64,000 nucleotides of DNA from Octopus vulgaris (Eukaryota): the NCBI GenBank assembly GCA_951406725.2, contig OX597828.1, positions 44,888,001-44,952,000 on the forward strand, read 5' to 3'. This document shows positions 42,666-55,816 of the stretch, one piece after another. How positions within the stretch are numbered: the first letter of the stretch is position 1; each line of letters opens with the position of its first letter. Under the pieces are notes generated by a model. The model had not been told where the DNA came from. It worked only from the letters and a program-made list of their open reading frames with translations, and searched no databases. A program made the translations under genes and the position numbers.

Positions 42666-43824
42666 TTGGGTTGTCCGGAAAGTTCATGCCGACTTATAGT
42701 AGCATACGTTTCGACTTATTTTAGAACATGGTTGAGTCCATAAAATAGGATTTGACTACACCTCCATTTAGAGCACAGTTTAAGCTATCTTTTCGTGGAA
42801 GAAGGTTTCTCTTCCTATAACCTGTGTTAATTCTGTAACCCTTTAAAATGGAAGATAAGAAAGTTCATTTTCGGCACTTGATGCTTTTCTTTCTCCGTAA
42901 AGGGAAAAATGCCTCACACATAACCAAAGAAATATGCGCAGTTTGTGGTGATTTTTCTTTATCCAAAAGAACTGTACAGAAGTGGTTCACAAGGTTCCGA
43001 GCTGGAGATTGTAGCCTTATTGATAAAGAGCGATCGGGCAGACAATCCACTAGAGATGTTGACCAAATCAAGTCATTAATTGAGAATAACCCACATTGCA
43101 CAACCAGAGAATTGCCAGAAAGCCTCAACCTATCAAAATCCATCGTTCATGAGCTCCTGGTAAAGATTGGGTGCACAAATCGCTACGATGTTTGGGTACC
43201 ACATGAGTTGAATGAGAAGAACCTTTTGGATCACATTTCCATCTGTGATTTGCTTTATAAACGGAATGAAAATTTAAAGCAAATTATGACAGGTGATGAG
43301 AAATGTTCAGAGAAAGCAATCCTGGTGTAAGCGACATGAGCAACCCTTAGCCACCCAAAAAGCGGGTTTTCACCCTAAAAACGTCTTGTTTTGTGTCTGG
43401 TGGGATTGGAAAGGAATTCTGTACTATGAGCTTCTCCCAAGTAACCAGACAATTAATTCTGAGAAATACTGCACACAACTAGACAAGTTAAAAGCAGCAA
43501 TTCAAGAGAAATGTCCAGAAACGGCCAACAGGATAATGCAAGACCGCATCTTTCTTTGCAAACCAGACAAAAATTGCTGCAGCTCGGCTGGGATGTGTTA
43601 CCCCACCCTCCATATTCACCAGATATTGCTCCTTCAGATTTCCACTTATTCAGGTCTCTGCAGAATAGTCTTAATGGTAAAAATTTCAATTCCTTGGTGG
43701 ACCTAAAAGATTCCTTGATGAATTCTTTGCCATGAAACCACCTCAATTCTGGGAGGAGGGTACTTTCAATTATTGACCTTTTTCTTTCCTTTAAAAATTG
43801 GCATGAACATTCCGGACAACCCAA
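42666..43824 (+). mobile_element. Near-full-length mariner (DD34D, mellifera-like) with a disrupted transposase from 42848
   Basis: TIR TTGGGTTGTCCGGAAAGTTCATGCC / GGCATGAACATTCCGGACAACCCAA, TA TSD; WVPHEL, TGDEK, DNARPH, HPPYSPDIAPSDFHLF (34 residues between the Ds); frameshifting deletions. Confidence 0.93.
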
Positions 43825-44207
43825 TACTATAGCCTTGGTCTTTACTATTGCATGTTGAGCAGTTAGTCATCTGCTATGCACCATTATTATGACCAGTTGG
43901 CACAGTGTTTGTCTCTGTTTACTCAATTATAAAGTACAGCTTGATAATAGTATCGTTATTATGCTATTCAAGGGCTCATTTGGGGCCTGTGTCCATATGG
44001 ACCAAGTTACAGGTAACCTTTGCATACTCGGTCGGTTCAAGAAGTATTGGGTCTGTTACTATGGTAATGGAGTTAAAGTATGCAGAGTGAAGCTACTTCG
44101 CACTTATTGACCTTGAACTCTGCTGCATAAACACATTAAGTTATAAGATTCTCATTCACTTCTATTGCAAAGTAAAGTGTGTAGGATATATATATATATA
44201 TATATGA

Positions 44208-44743
44208 GTACGCCTCTGTAATCGTGATTGGAAATCAAAAAAATTTGTCCCTGACTCTTCCACTTTTTCCTCGTCCTCTTTTACCTTTCTTCTTCTATTT
44301 CCACTTTTTCACTTGTGTCGCCACCACTTACACCTACACAGACATTCACTACTTCTCAACATGCCTGACTTGCATTCGTTCCTCCAACACCTTCAATCCC
44401 TTCTTTGCTGTTTTCTTACTTTTTTTCCCCACCAATGCTTGCAACCCGCAAAAAAACTTTCTCACCTACTTTTTAAAAAAACTTGCCACTCTAGCCATCT
44501 CTCCTTTCTTAGCCGTTGCCTCCACCATCACGTCACACCCATTCAAAATGTGACCGCATGTGTACCGTTGGCAATTTTTTTCCTCTGTCTTTCTTCCCTT
44601 CTCAGGATCTTTCCTTCTCCTATGTTTTTGACGAAGAGCTCCACTTGAAACGTTAAACCCTCCTTCTTTCCTGAGCGTCCAATAATACTATATTTGTTCC
44701 ATGTCCTCGCATTGTTGTGTTTTTTTGTGCTTTCATGTTTGGA

Positions 44744-44750
<7 letters not shown>
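44208..44750 (+). mobile_element. Penelope-like pLTR fragment between (TA)n tracts, hammerhead motif at 44624-44658
   Basis: gttt-TTGACGA-a-GAGC tcc ACTT-GAA-ACGT-T-aaac; ~200-bp 3' part recurs at 55100-55297 and partly at 13985-14052. Confidence 0.6.
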
Positions 44751-44808
<58 letters not shown>

Positions 44809-45243
44809 CATATATATATATATATATATCTCTATATATAAAACTGAAATGCGTTTTTACCGCTTGGTTCGCTTTCAATGCCACTACATCCCGTCCGATT
44901 CGCTCCAAAATTTACAGGGACATGTAGAATGAGGTGACGATGCGCGTGGGCTACCTTAGAAATCCCTATCTTAAAAGGTGTGGTTGCTAGGGGCCATCTT
45001 CCTACCTCACCCTATTTCCTCCAGTACTCTGTCACTCCTCTTCATTTGACAATGCAACTACCGTTATTTAATGTAAAGTCTTCCTCAAATCACTCTGTAG
45101 CTATTTACTCTCTTCCAAGAACATTTTCACTCACTCTATCTCTTACCTTCCTATACATTTTACTCATGTATCTCTCAGCGTTCATGGACAGTAACAAATA
45201 TTACTCGCCATCCCCATCGCCATCGCATTCTATTGTCTACCTG

Positions 45244-45281
<38 letters not shown>

Positions 45282-45386
45282 TCATATATCTAATATTATA
45301 TTTTTATTTTTATGTTTTTGTTTTTGGTTTTTTACTGTTTCATTTCCCTATTAGTGGTTTTATCTCTAATTTAATTTCTACAGCGT

Positions 45387-45423
<37 letters not shown>

Positions 45424-45669
45424 TATGTAGCCCCAGTACACCCGAATGAAATCGGGTTCTCTTCATCAAAATGTGAAAAGGGGTCTACAATTATCATCGC
45501 CACAACTTATGTATGTCTTCCTCACTCACTCACTCTTTTTCCTAATGATAATTATCATCGCCACCACCAACACCACCAACACACAATCTGGACAATCTTT
45601 CTCTTATAACAAATCATGTTTACATTGCAACGACGTCTGCCACCTCCGCCGTCTCTATTTATTCTGCAA

Positions 45670-45864
45670 ATGACCAGAACTCGGGAAACTTAGTTTAGTG
45701 TTCTATGGTCTATGACCAGAACTCGGGAAACTTGGTTGAGTGTTCTATGGTCTATGACCAGAACTCGGGAAACTTGCTTGACTGTTCTATGGTCTATGAC
45801 CAGAAATCGGGAAACTTGGTTGAGTGTTCTATGGTCTATGACCAGAACTTGGGAAACTTGGTTG
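45670..45864. repeat. 42-bp tandem repeat, ~4.6 copies
   Basis: ATGACCAGAACTCGGGAAACTTGGTTGAGTGTTCTATGGTCT. Confidence 0.95.
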
Positions 45865-46554
45865 TGTCCTCATCTTATAAAATGTGGCCCCAGTAGACCC
45901 AAATTAAATCGGGTTATATTAACCAAAAGGTGAAAAGGGGTATAAATGGGGCTGGAAGGGGATTAAAATTTAAAGGAGCGGGTGTTTAGCAATTCTCTGT
46001 TACATCAAGCTAAAAAATTTGCTCCAGCCTTTTAATCGTCAATGTGTTGCCGTCCATGATGAAGAAGTTTTGAATGCTTGCCATCGTGAGTCTACTGTCG
46101 TGAGAAAGAATCAAGTCAAAACTTGGTTTTTAGGGATTTTCTTTTACATCAAGTTCAAACTTTTACGCCAGCCGTTGAACTGTCAATACGTTGCTGTCCG
46201 TCGTTAAGAAATGCCAGCCATGGTGACTCTACTATCCTCAAATTCTATCCCTTCAAACTTTGGTTTCCAATATTTTATTATTTTTATTCAGCTCGCAAGT
46301 TCGTCTGTCCCTTTTAAATGTTAGTGTTTTGCTGTCTGTCTTGAAGCAGACCTTTCCTTTGTAACTGCCTGATATTTATGATTGATCTTTCTAAATATTT
46401 TATTTCTCAACTTACTCAAGATCTTTTGTTGTTTATAAATGGGAGAGATACATAAAGATAGAGAGTAAGAGAAAGCGAGGGAGAGTCCGAGAGAAAGGAA
46501 GAGTAAGAGAGTGGGAAAGTGAGAGAGAAAGGAGAAAGAAACAAAGAGGGAGAA

Positions 46555-46875
46555 TCATCATCATCATCATCATCATCATCGTTTAACGTCCGTTTTCCGT
46601 GCTAGCACGGGTTGGACAGTTTGACAGGGGTCTGGGAAGCCAGGAGGCTGCACCAGGCTCCAGTCTGATCTGGCAGTGTTTCGACAGGTGGATGCCCTTC
46701 CTAACGCCAACCACTCTGTGAGCGTAGTGGGTGCTTTTTTCGTGCCGCCTGCACAGGTGCCAGGGGGGCTGGCAGCGGCCACGATCGGTTGGTGCTTTTT
46801 ACGTGCCACCAGCACAGAAGCCAGTCAAGGCGGCGCTGCAATCCGCCACGTTCGGATGATGCTTTTTACGTGCTG
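46555..46875 (-). mobile_element. RTE-like family C tail nested in the Helitron
   Basis: (CAT)n tail plus units. Confidence 0.75.
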
Positions 46876-46940
46876 AAAGGAAGCAACAGAAAGTAACAAC
46901 CACACTCTTACCCGCGCGTAGAGCGGGTCACCTTCAGCTA

Positions 46941-47021
<81 letters not shown>

Positions 47022-47409
47022 TATATATACACACATGTATCTATATATCTATATATACATGTGTGTCTGTGCACCCACTTTACTTGACAACTTGTGTTGG
47101 TTTGTTTACATACAAGTTCAGCAAAAGAGACCAATAGATTAATTACCAAACTTAAAATAGGCACAGGGATTGATTTGTTCAGTGAAAATTTCTTCAAGTT
47201 GGTGCCCCAGGAAGGCTGTTGTCTGCTGACTAAAAAAACCTAATGATAAAAGATAATATTTGTCTATAATTGTACAACTCAAGAAACTCTTCTTATTTCC
47301 TCACCCTATCTTTGATTTCAAAAACCAGGACTTCACTTCCATATGCTTCAGTACAGGTGATGGATCATATGTCTTGCTATACATCAGTCAAATTCTTCTC
47401 CATTTTTTT

Positions 47410-47575
47410 CAAGAGTATACAAAAACCACATCATATTCTGGTATAACCCAATCCATACATTGAATGCTTCTTTGAAGACTGCCAGACAGTTCCTTGCAGT
47501 ATTGGACAGGTGTTTCCTGATTTCACACAAATACCACTCTATATTAAACAGGCATAACTTAAAAATGTATTTCCC
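47410..47575 (+). pseudogene. Penelope-like element coding remnant (RT to GIY-YIG linker)
   Basis: IIFWYNPIHTLNASLKTARQFLAVLDRCFLISHKYHSILNRHNLK resembles PLE IIWFNPP...FLxLxDKHF..H...IFNRxxxK. Confidence 0.6.
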
Positions 47576-48542
47576 TTTTTCCTTGCACTTTACTGAAAAA
47601 TTTTTTCAAGCAAGGAGGTACTAACTTTTGGAACATAGCACCACCACTTCTACTCAAGCTAGCTTATGTATACTGAGTTGCACCTTTGTGCTATATTGTT
47701 TGCAAATGCTGCTGTTATTGCTGGTGTTGACTGTAATGATGGTGTTGTCATCGCTGTTCATACAATTCTATTTTCCAAATGAATTGATGTTTCCAAAACT
47801 ATTCTATGTTGTGTCTTCTATTCTACAAAAGTAAATGTCTAAGCCTGAAGCTCCATCTTGTACTTGATATTTTTCCATTTGAAAATAATTGGGACATGTT
47901 TACTCATGTAAATGCAACCACCACCACTGTGGCAATCACCTTTTCAATGCCGCCCCTGAGGCAGCCGTCTGGCAATGCATGCAAATATTGTAAACTCATG
48001 TTTGTCATAAAATTTGTAAACACTTTAAAATGTCTAAACACAGATCAATGTTCCAAGTGTAGACATTCAGACATTCCAAAAGCCTTTCATAGTTGAACAA
48101 TAAAAGATGAAATTTCTGAAGTTAATCTTCGAAATATATGTATGTATGAATGTATGTATGAATGTATGTATGTATATGTATGTATGTATGTATGCATGTA
48201 TGTACGTATGTGTGTGTGTGTGTATGTATGCATGCATGTATGTATGTATGTATGTATGCATGTTTGTATGTATGTATGTTTGTATGTTTGTTGTATGTAT
48301 GTTTGTATGTATGAGTGTATGTATGCATGTATGTATGTATGTTTGTATGTATGTATATTTGTATATATGTGTGTATGTATGTATGTATGCATGTATGTAT
48401 GCATGTATGTATGTATATATATATTTATTTGTCTATATATATACATATACATATATATAAAAGTATACACACACACTCACACATACACACACTCACACAT
48501 ACACACACACACACATATATATATATATACACACATAAACAT

Positions 48543-48575
<33 letters not shown>

Positions 48576-48748
48576 CACACATACACACATACATATACAT
48601 ATATATATTCATATATATATACACACACATTTTACATGGAGTCGTGTGAAATTTGACAACGGAAGTAATATTAATGGCAATAAGATTAGAGACCTTACAT
48701 AGAAGTGTATTCATATCTATGCATGCATGCATGCACAAACATAGTAAT

Positions 48749-48780
<32 letters not shown>

Positions 48781-49616
48781 CTACATATATATACATACAC
48801 ATACATACACATATATATATGCACACATGCATACAATATATATATATATACATATTTATGCATTTATATGCATATATGTATATACACATATATATGTATA
48901 TATACATATATATGTATATACACATATATATATACATATACATATATACACACAAATCTATAAATATATCGTTATATACATACAAACACTTATATAATAT
49001 ACATGCACATACACACACACATATGCACCATCTTACACATGTATGTTTGCATATATATATATATATATATATACGCATACAAACACACACACATATACGT
49101 AATTTATGCATACATGAACATACACACGACCATACTTATGTATATGGCAGCTTACAAAAATACCTTTTCGTTTATCACATGTAAATCAAGAAAAGGAAAA
49201 AATCTGAACACTATTGATGAAGAAGTTAATTAAGGCCTATCTTAATTAATTTTCTAAAATCTTGTTTGACAACAACAAACAGAAACGAAACAAACAAAGA
49301 CATAAGGAATTGTCAATATACTATTTCTAAAACCTATCACAGAATATTGATTTTGTCTTATATTTGTAACATAAAGCTACAAGTTTCAAATCACTTGAGT
49401 GTTTTGCCTCAATATCTAGGTATATCACCTTGCTTGTGTTGAATATTCTCACACAGACACACACACACGCATGCACTTTCGTTTTGGGATCACCAATACT
49501 TTATTATCTCCCCTTCTCTCAACCTCTTCTGTCAAACCTATTTTTCCAACCAGTTGCCATGCTTGACCGCTAAATCCACAAGTTTTTTTATCCTCTCTCT
49601 ATTTATTTTCTCTTAT

Positions 49617-49655
49617 TCTTTTCTGTTGAAGAGCATAGGCTCGAAACGTAAAAGA
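49617..49655 (+). ncRNA. Minimal type-I hammerhead motif variant (related decayed copy at ~35620-35652)
   Basis: tttt-CTGTTGA-a-GAGC atag GCTC-GAA-ACGT-A-aaag; A6 replaced by U. Confidence 0.5.
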
Positions 49656-49732
49656 CCTCCTCACTTTCCAGAGCTTCAAACTAATACACCTGCTTGTTGT
49701 TCATACATCTGTCTTTATATATATATAATTTC

Positions 49733-49772
<40 letters not shown>

Positions 49773-49860
49773 ATAAATAAATAAAATATATGCATATATA
49801 CATACATATATGTACATACTTACATCTACATGTATATATACATGCATATATATATATATA

Positions 49861-50552
49861 TGAGTACAGGACACCACAAATAAACATAGAACACAATGAG
49901 AAACGAAAACATAAAATCAAACAAGGAAACGGACTTTTTTTAACAACGAAAAAACAAGGAAATGGACTTTTTTTAAACAACGAAAAAACAGAGTACAGGA
50001 CAAACAATACAAGGAAAATTCCCCTTCATCAGCTGCCCCTGGTTCGACTCAATGCGTGTATCATCAGTAAATCATAAATCTGAAACAGAAACACACTCTA
50101 AGTTATAGAGCAGGAGGGTTTATTAGATAAATATAGTTATGGCCAGTCTATGGAGTTGCCCATTGTTTCCTGTTCCTAAAGCATTTACCTTTATAGCATT
50201 TCTTCAGACCTCAATGGTCAGTGGTTTATAACTTCTCATCTAAGTGGAGGGAGCAAAGTTCCCATTGCTAGTTGTTGAACACATGGACAAAGTAGTGGTA
50301 TTAAATGTAAGGTGTTGTCAGGCTTAGACCACTATCCGTGACTGACCCTGTTGGCTTGTGAGTCCCAGGACTTCATAAGGAAACCTGCAGGCAGCTAGGG
50401 GCTTTGTTACAGTAGGGGGTTACCACGATGAAAATTTCTTGGTTAGAGGAAAGGCTAATGGTCCTCTTGTTGGCACCCTTCACCAGGTGTTTGACCACAA
50501 CGGTTGGGTGGCAGGATACTGTGTTGATATATGCTAACCTCTCATCCGGCTT
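49861..50552 (-). pseudogene. Penelope-like element remnant (RT thumb plus 3' pLTR-like region)
   Basis: KPDERLAYINTVSCHPTVVVKHLVKGANKRTISLSSNQEIFIVVTPYCNKA resembles PLE KP...YI...SxHP..I...R..LSSN.EIF...PYY..AL; downstream CTGATGAAGGGG; ends in (TA)n. Confidence 0.65.
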
Positions 50553-50712
50553 GCATATATATGCAATATAGGCACAGGCATGGATGTGTGCTAAGAAGGC
50601 ATGCCATCTAGTTCCCAACCACATGGTTCCAGGTTCAGTCCTACTGCATGGAAACTTGGGCAAATGTCGTCTACTATAGTCTTGGGCTGACAAAAGCCTT
50701 GTGAGTGGATTT

Positions 50713-50757
<45 letters not shown>

Positions 50758-51438
50758 CATACATATACATACAAATACATACATACATACGTACATATAT
50801 ATATATATAAATATATACATATATACATATATATATGCACACATACACACACACAAATCTTTATATATATGCATATGCATCATTGAATATTAGATATAAG
50901 TTTGTGTGTCTGTGTACTGCTGCACGTGTATATGTATATACATGAGAATATATATATATATATATTCTCAAATGTGGTTTAAAATAAGTAAACATATTTT
51001 ACAAACCACAATAAGATCAGATGTAAAACAAGGAAAAAAAATTGAAATGAAATAAAGCAGTCACTGTGATGTTGAAACTACCAGAGGTTATGAAAGTCGG
51101 ACAATAAAATTAGAATCAAGCACATTTATTTTAGAATAATAATCTTGTAAATTCAATAATAATTCTCACATCTTATACAAAGGATAGAAGAGAATGTTTG
51201 TGTACAACTGTATGTGTGCAAATGTGTGTGTTTTTCTTTGTGTTTTATTCATCAACATATGTTGTAAAGCTGGAAAATGTAATTTTATTTTACTTATTCA
51301 AATTACCTAGTTATTTTCCAGTGTGTTATTATTATTATCATTATTATTATTTCACTGTAAATGATTGACAAGTTAACATTAAATAATATTCACAGAAAAT
51401 TTCAATAAATTTATCCAATATATTTATCAGACACACAC

Positions 51439-51493
51439 CATAAAGACCTTGCAATCTTTTTTCAGCTTTTGTATTGTTCTATATAAGTTATGG
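51439..51493 (-). CDS. Candidate internal coding exon of an unidentified host gene (HNLYRTIQKLKKDCKVFM)
   Basis: Long polypyrimidine tract ...ttcttccactggcag|; donor ATG|gtgtgt; 55 nt, open, phase-compatible with exon 56769-56834. Confidence 0.5.
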
Positions 51494-52039
51494 CTGCCAG
51501 TGGAAGAAAGAAAAAGAGAAGAGAAGAAAAGAGAGAGAGAGAGAGAGAGAGAAGAAAGCGATAAAAAGATGACATTTAGCTGTTAAATTTTTAAATTGCT
51601 TGAGAGAAAAGAGAAAAGTCTGTAAAAATAAAGAAATAAAAGGAGTACAAAGAAGATATAAAAAAATGAAAAGAATGACTGCAAAATGTTTTGTAAAAAT
51701 GTTCATGTTCACAAAAATAAATGGAAGTTAAAGAAGAGTTCCATTAATAATTAATTCTTAGATAATAAGTTAATTTTGATTCTTAGATTCACGATTTTTT
51801 AATGTTGCTTTTGTTTTCAGCTTCTTCCATTGTTTCTTCATCTATGAATTATTTTTACCTCTCTCTCTTTTTCTCTTTCGTTTCGTTTCATTGTTAGTCA
51901 AATCGCCCTGCTCCTCCTGCTCCTGAGAGTGGCGGTGGTAGTGGTTGTGGTGGTGATGGTGGTGACAACAATGAAGCATAATAACAACAACAATAATAAT
52001 AATAATGATAATAATAATAACAATAATAATAATAATAAC

Positions 52040-52074
<35 letters not shown>

Positions 52075-52089
52075 TAATAATAATAATAA

Positions 52090-52647
52090 ATGCCCTGATG
52101 CAGTACCAGGCAGTGGCTCTCATGGCTCCTGATCTTAACTGACTGGAAGTGTTATCATGTACATTGTTTTGTCTTGGTATAAAAGATGGACTACAGCAAA
52201 TATTCTGCTCAATACCACAGATTTGCTTGTCAGTTGTTTGACCTTAACCAGTTGAGCATGTCCCTTAGTGGCTGACGATATGTGCATCTCTGATCACGAG
52301 CAGAAGTAGTGGGGGAGCATCATAGCCATGTGTTGAGAGGGATTCTTTGGGGTTTGAATAATTCACCTCTGGAAACATGGGTGGTTCTTTCAACATCCTT
52401 AAACAATCTTTATTCAATGACCGTTTGAGCGGGATGGGCTACTCAACCTGAAGAAAATTCTAACTGGGCCCCACTTGCAAGGTCATGTGCTGTTTATCTT
52501 GATATGGGATCACCATGTCGCGCACATATGATTGTGATACATGTACCTAGTGTATCCTTATCAGACGGGTAGTCATGATGGGTATACTGGGCTTCGTATA
52601 TTTTACCCCAGTGTCACTTTGATGGCATGCACTGCTCTCTCTCACTC
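52090..52647. mobile_element. ~560-bp insert inside an (AAT)n tract, possible microsatellite-targeting non-LTR derivative
   Basis: Complex sequence with (AAT)n abutting both ends; no TIR or ORF seen. Confidence 0.5.
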
Positions 52648-53065
52648 AATAATAATAATAATAATGAAGGAAAAATAGATATATATATATATATAGCAAG
52701 TAATCCTTATCTACATACTTCAATTCTTTTTCTCTCCATGGAGTTTCCTCCTTATCTTCGTCATCGTCATTATCATCATCATCATCATCATTGTCGTCAT
52801 CATCATCACCACTACAGCCACCGCCATCACCATCATCTTCATCATCATCATCATCATCGTTGTCATCATCACCATCATCATCATTTAAAATCCATGCCGG
52901 CATGGGTTAGACCATTTACTGGGATCTGATAGGTTAGGTGTTGTTTCACTCATGATCATTAGATTCTGGTTTCAATTCCTGGCTCAGGTACACACTGTGT
53001 TCTTGAGCAAACCACTTCAACTCACAAAATTATAAGCTTCTTTGTAACTTTTTTTTTATACATAT

Positions 53066-53460
53066 AAGTAAGTAGCTTGCTAACCAGCCACATGGTTCCG
53101 GGTTCAGTCCCACTGCGTGGCATCTTGGGCAAGTGTCTTCTGCTATAGCCCCGGGCTGACCAATGCCTTGTGAGTGGATTTGGTAGACGGAAACTGAAAG
53201 AAGCCTGTCGTATATATGTATATATATATATGTATGTGTGTGTATGTGTTTGTGTGTCTGTGTTTGTCTCCCTAGCATTGCTTGACAACCGATGCTGGTG
53301 TGTTTACGTCTCCGTCACTTAGCGGTTCGGCAAAAGAGACCGATAGAATAAGTACTGGGCTCACAGAGAATAAGTCCCGGGGTCGATTTGCTCGACTAAA
53401 AAAAAGGCGGTGCTCTAGCATGGCCGCAGTCAAATGACTGAAACAAGTAAAAGAGCAAAA
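53066..53460 (+). mobile_element. SINE family A
   Basis: Matches family A. Confidence 0.85.
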
Positions 53461-53960
53461 GTGTATATACTGTATCACAGTATTGACTAGACTGTAACAT
53501 GTTGTTATACATCACTTGTCTCAGTGCACTTCCTTGGATTGTCATAGCTTTCAAAATTAACGCCACCTCACAGGAATTGAAACTATAATCTTTTGGCTGA
53601 GAATACCACACCAAAGCCAATAGGCCATGCACCTTCACATTACATCTTTAATCTTTTATCGATTACTTGCTTCAGTCATTAGACTGTGGCCATGCTGGAG
53701 CACTGACTTGAAGAACTGTATTCGAATGAATCAAATTTGGTACCTATTCATTTTTTATTTTCCTCCTTAAAGCCTGATACATATGCTATCAGTTTCTTTT
53801 GCCAGACTGCTAGGTTACGGGTACATAAACACTAGTGGTGGGGAACAAACACGCACACACACACACATGCACACACACACACATACACACACACACACAA
53901 GTGCATGTGTGTATGTATGTATGTATCTGTGTATATATATATATATATCCATACATATAT

Positions 53961-54115
53961 AAAATTATAATTAAGGGTATCTAAGAGATACCACCATGCT
54001 AGATATAGCTGCCAATACTTGACTCTTAAACCACATTTAATGTGGTTTTAAAGTCAAGTATTGGCTGCTATATCTAGCATGGTGGTATCTCTTAGATACC
54101 CTTAATTATAATTTT
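53961..54115. repeat. Near-perfect palindrome (~77-bp arms, almost no spacer)
   Basis: AAAATTATAATTAAGGGTATCTAAGAGATACCACCATGCTAGATATAGC... / ...GCTATATCTAGCATGGTGGTATCTCTTAGATACCCTTAATTATAATTTT. Confidence 0.92.
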
Positions 54116-54890
54116 AATAATAATTATTACCTATGAGGTTTTTATTCCCATGTTAGCCACCTGATATGATTGGTATTTTAAATAACAATCTTATCTTTAT
54201 TTATATAAATTTAGACATACATACATACATATATGCATACATATATACATACATACATACATACATGCATTCATGCATGCATACGCACACACACACACAC
54301 ACACACAAACACACAGACACACACACATGGATTCAAGCTATCTGGTAGTATTCATAAAAAAACCCTTAATGTATCATTCTACAAAACATAGAATATATAA
54401 TATGATACATAAATTATCTTTACATGTTTTAAGTTATGAAACAATTTGTCAAGCTATTTGAATTTTCTTATAGTTAAATTTTCATCATGTTATTTCTCTG
54501 TCATTTATAAATTTATATATGTATATGTGAGTGTGTGCATGTCCCTCTCCATCTTTCACCATTTTCTACCTCTCTCTCTCTCTTCCTCTTTCGCTTTTTC
54601 TTTCTCTTTAGTTGCTCACATGTGACAATTGTCCATCTTTCTTTTCCTCATGTAACCATCTGTCTTTTCCTGCATGGACGTTCAAAAGACTGGATGTTTT
54701 CTTTCTCTCTCTTCCATCTTTTCTCTTTTCAAAGAAAATATTTCTCCTAGCATTCACTATTTTCTTCTTGTTCAGGTCTAACAACCCCCCATGATTGTTT
54801 CGTTCAGTTCCTTTGTATGTCTCCACTGTCCTAATTCTGTTCTCAACTTTGACCCTTCATAAAACCTAAATTTTATTTTAGAATTTATAG

Positions 54891-54979
54891 GAGTAAATGT
54901 CTTTGAAGACTCATATTGTCATTGAATGCTCAAAATGAGGAGTAGATAGATAGCCGACAACTGATGAAGGGTCATTCTC
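54891..54979 (+). ncRNA. Type-II-topology hammerhead-like motif (candidate)
   Basis: AATGTCTTT-GAAG..ATA-TTGTC(loop)GACAA-CTGATGA-AGGGTCATT. Confidence 0.4.
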
Positions 54980-55297
54980 TGTGTTTACGTGTCCTGTTTT
55001 CCATTTTTCCTCTCGTTTGTTTTTCATATTTCATGTTGTCTACACAGTTGGTGACATCCTGTACCCATATATGCATACATATATATCTATATCTATCTCG
55101 TGTGTACCGTTGGCGATTTTTTTTCCTCTGTCTTCCCTTCTCTGGATCTTTCCTTCTCCTATGTTTCCAAAGAAGAGCTCTGCTCGAAACGTTAAACCCT
55201 CCTTCTTTCCTTCTTTCCTGAGCGTCCAATAATACTATATTTGTTCCACGTCCTCACGTTGTGTTTTTTTGTGCTTTCTTGTTTGGATTAACTATAT

Positions 55298-55509
55298 ATT
55301 ACTCTTTTACTCTTTTAATTGTTTCAGTCATTTGACTGTGGCCATGCTGGAGCAGCGCCTTTAGTCGAGCAAATCGACCCCGGGACTTATTCTTTGTAAG
55401 CCCAGTACTTATTCAATCGGTCTCTTTTGCTGAACCGCTAAGTGACGGGGACGTAAACACACCAGCATCGGTTGTCAAGCAATGCAAGGGGACAAACACA
55501 GACACACAA

Positions 55510-55545
<36 letters not shown>

Positions 55546-55717
55546 ATATATACGACGGGCTTCTTTCAGTTTCCGTCTACCAAATCCACTCACAAGGTAT
55601 TGGTTGGCCCGGGGCTATAGCAGAAGACACTTGCCCAAGATGCCACGCAGTGGGACTGAACTCGGAACCATGTGGTTGGTTAGCAAGCTACTTACCACAC
55701 AGCCACTCCTGCACCTA
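55298..55717 (-). mobile_element. SINE family A, full length
   Basis: Matches family A. Confidence 0.88.
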
Positions 55718-55782
55718 TATATATATATATATATATATTATTTATATTACATTTATTTAATTGAATGCCATGCATCCATTTC

Positions 55783-55816
<34 letters not shown>

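Larger units (their letters stand above)
44829..46941 (+). mobile_element. Non-autonomous Helitron (~2.1 kb) with cargo
   Basis: a|TCTCTATATATAAAAC start; ACCCGC-gcgtaga-GCGGGT hairpin 46910-46928, then CTAG|t; (TA)n on both sides. Confidence 0.65.

Noticed and set aside
42848-43330. Intact or domesticated transposase gene
   Set aside because: Frameshifting deletions after TGDEK and before DNARPH, and the C-terminus is lost
45670-45864. 42-bp array as CRISPR or as a 14-aa repeat protein
   Set aside because: Head-to-tail with no spacers; lies inside a Helitron-like element
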